NCBI GenBank assembly: GCA_905372515.1
Contig: CAJPPJ010000001.1
Coordinates: 1 to 43,681 of the forward strand
Reading direction: 5' to 3'
Length of the DNA stretch: 43,681 nucleotides
DNA from: an uncultured Eubacteriales bacterium
GTDB lineage: Bacteria; Bacillota_I; Bacilli_A; RF39; UBA660
The position numbers and the translations under genes were made by a program. Numbering within the stretch: position 1 is the first letter of the stretch; every line of letters starts with the position of its first letter. Positions 43,668 through 43,681 of this stretch are shown piece by piece. The notes under the pieces were generated by a model, which worked only from the letters and a program-made list of their open reading frames with translations, was not told where the DNA came from and ran no database searches.

Positions 43668-43681
43668 TTAATATTATAAAT

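Overview
Very AT-rich chromosome segment, roughly three quarters A+T by eye. It uses the standard genetic code: TGA closes several well-conserved genes. The gene content points to a low-GC Bacillota-type organism. About 57 protein genes all lie on the + strand. The only minus-strand gene is a tRNA-Arg(CCU) at 25425-25499. No CRISPR array, rRNA, transposase or phage integrase was seen. The backbone is housekeeping with Bacillus-like synteny: tlyA; rbgA..rnhB; ackA; eno; rsmD; rlmN-stp-prkC-rpe; a cysteine desulfurase; uppP; lemA-DUF2207; xerD-deoB. Several accessory or unusual blocks interrupt it. (1) 16.5-19.85 kb is the most interesting: five tightly packed genes alternate a minimal LXG-like N-domain family with WXG100 (ESAT-6-like) proteins. 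Two of them carry unrecognisable C-terminal cargo domains. No type VII apparatus or immunity gene is in view, and a short direct repeat flanks the block. (2) 5.6-9.2 kb is a compact operon mixing two radical-SAM-type putative DNA-repair proteins, a MazG-like pyrophosphohydrolase, a nucleoside 2-deoxyribosyltransferase/Rcl-like protein, an unknown with PARP-like H-Y-E motifs, and DUF1919. (3) 11.2-13.9 kb is a decaying accessory patch: a short M3-like peptidase, a frameshifted kinase remnant and a truncated GNAT abutting an intact gene that closely resembles APH(2'')-Ia. (4) The deoB homologue has lost most conserved metal-ligand motifs. All functional calls rest on motif recognition by eye and on recalled family knowledge. 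No database search was run.
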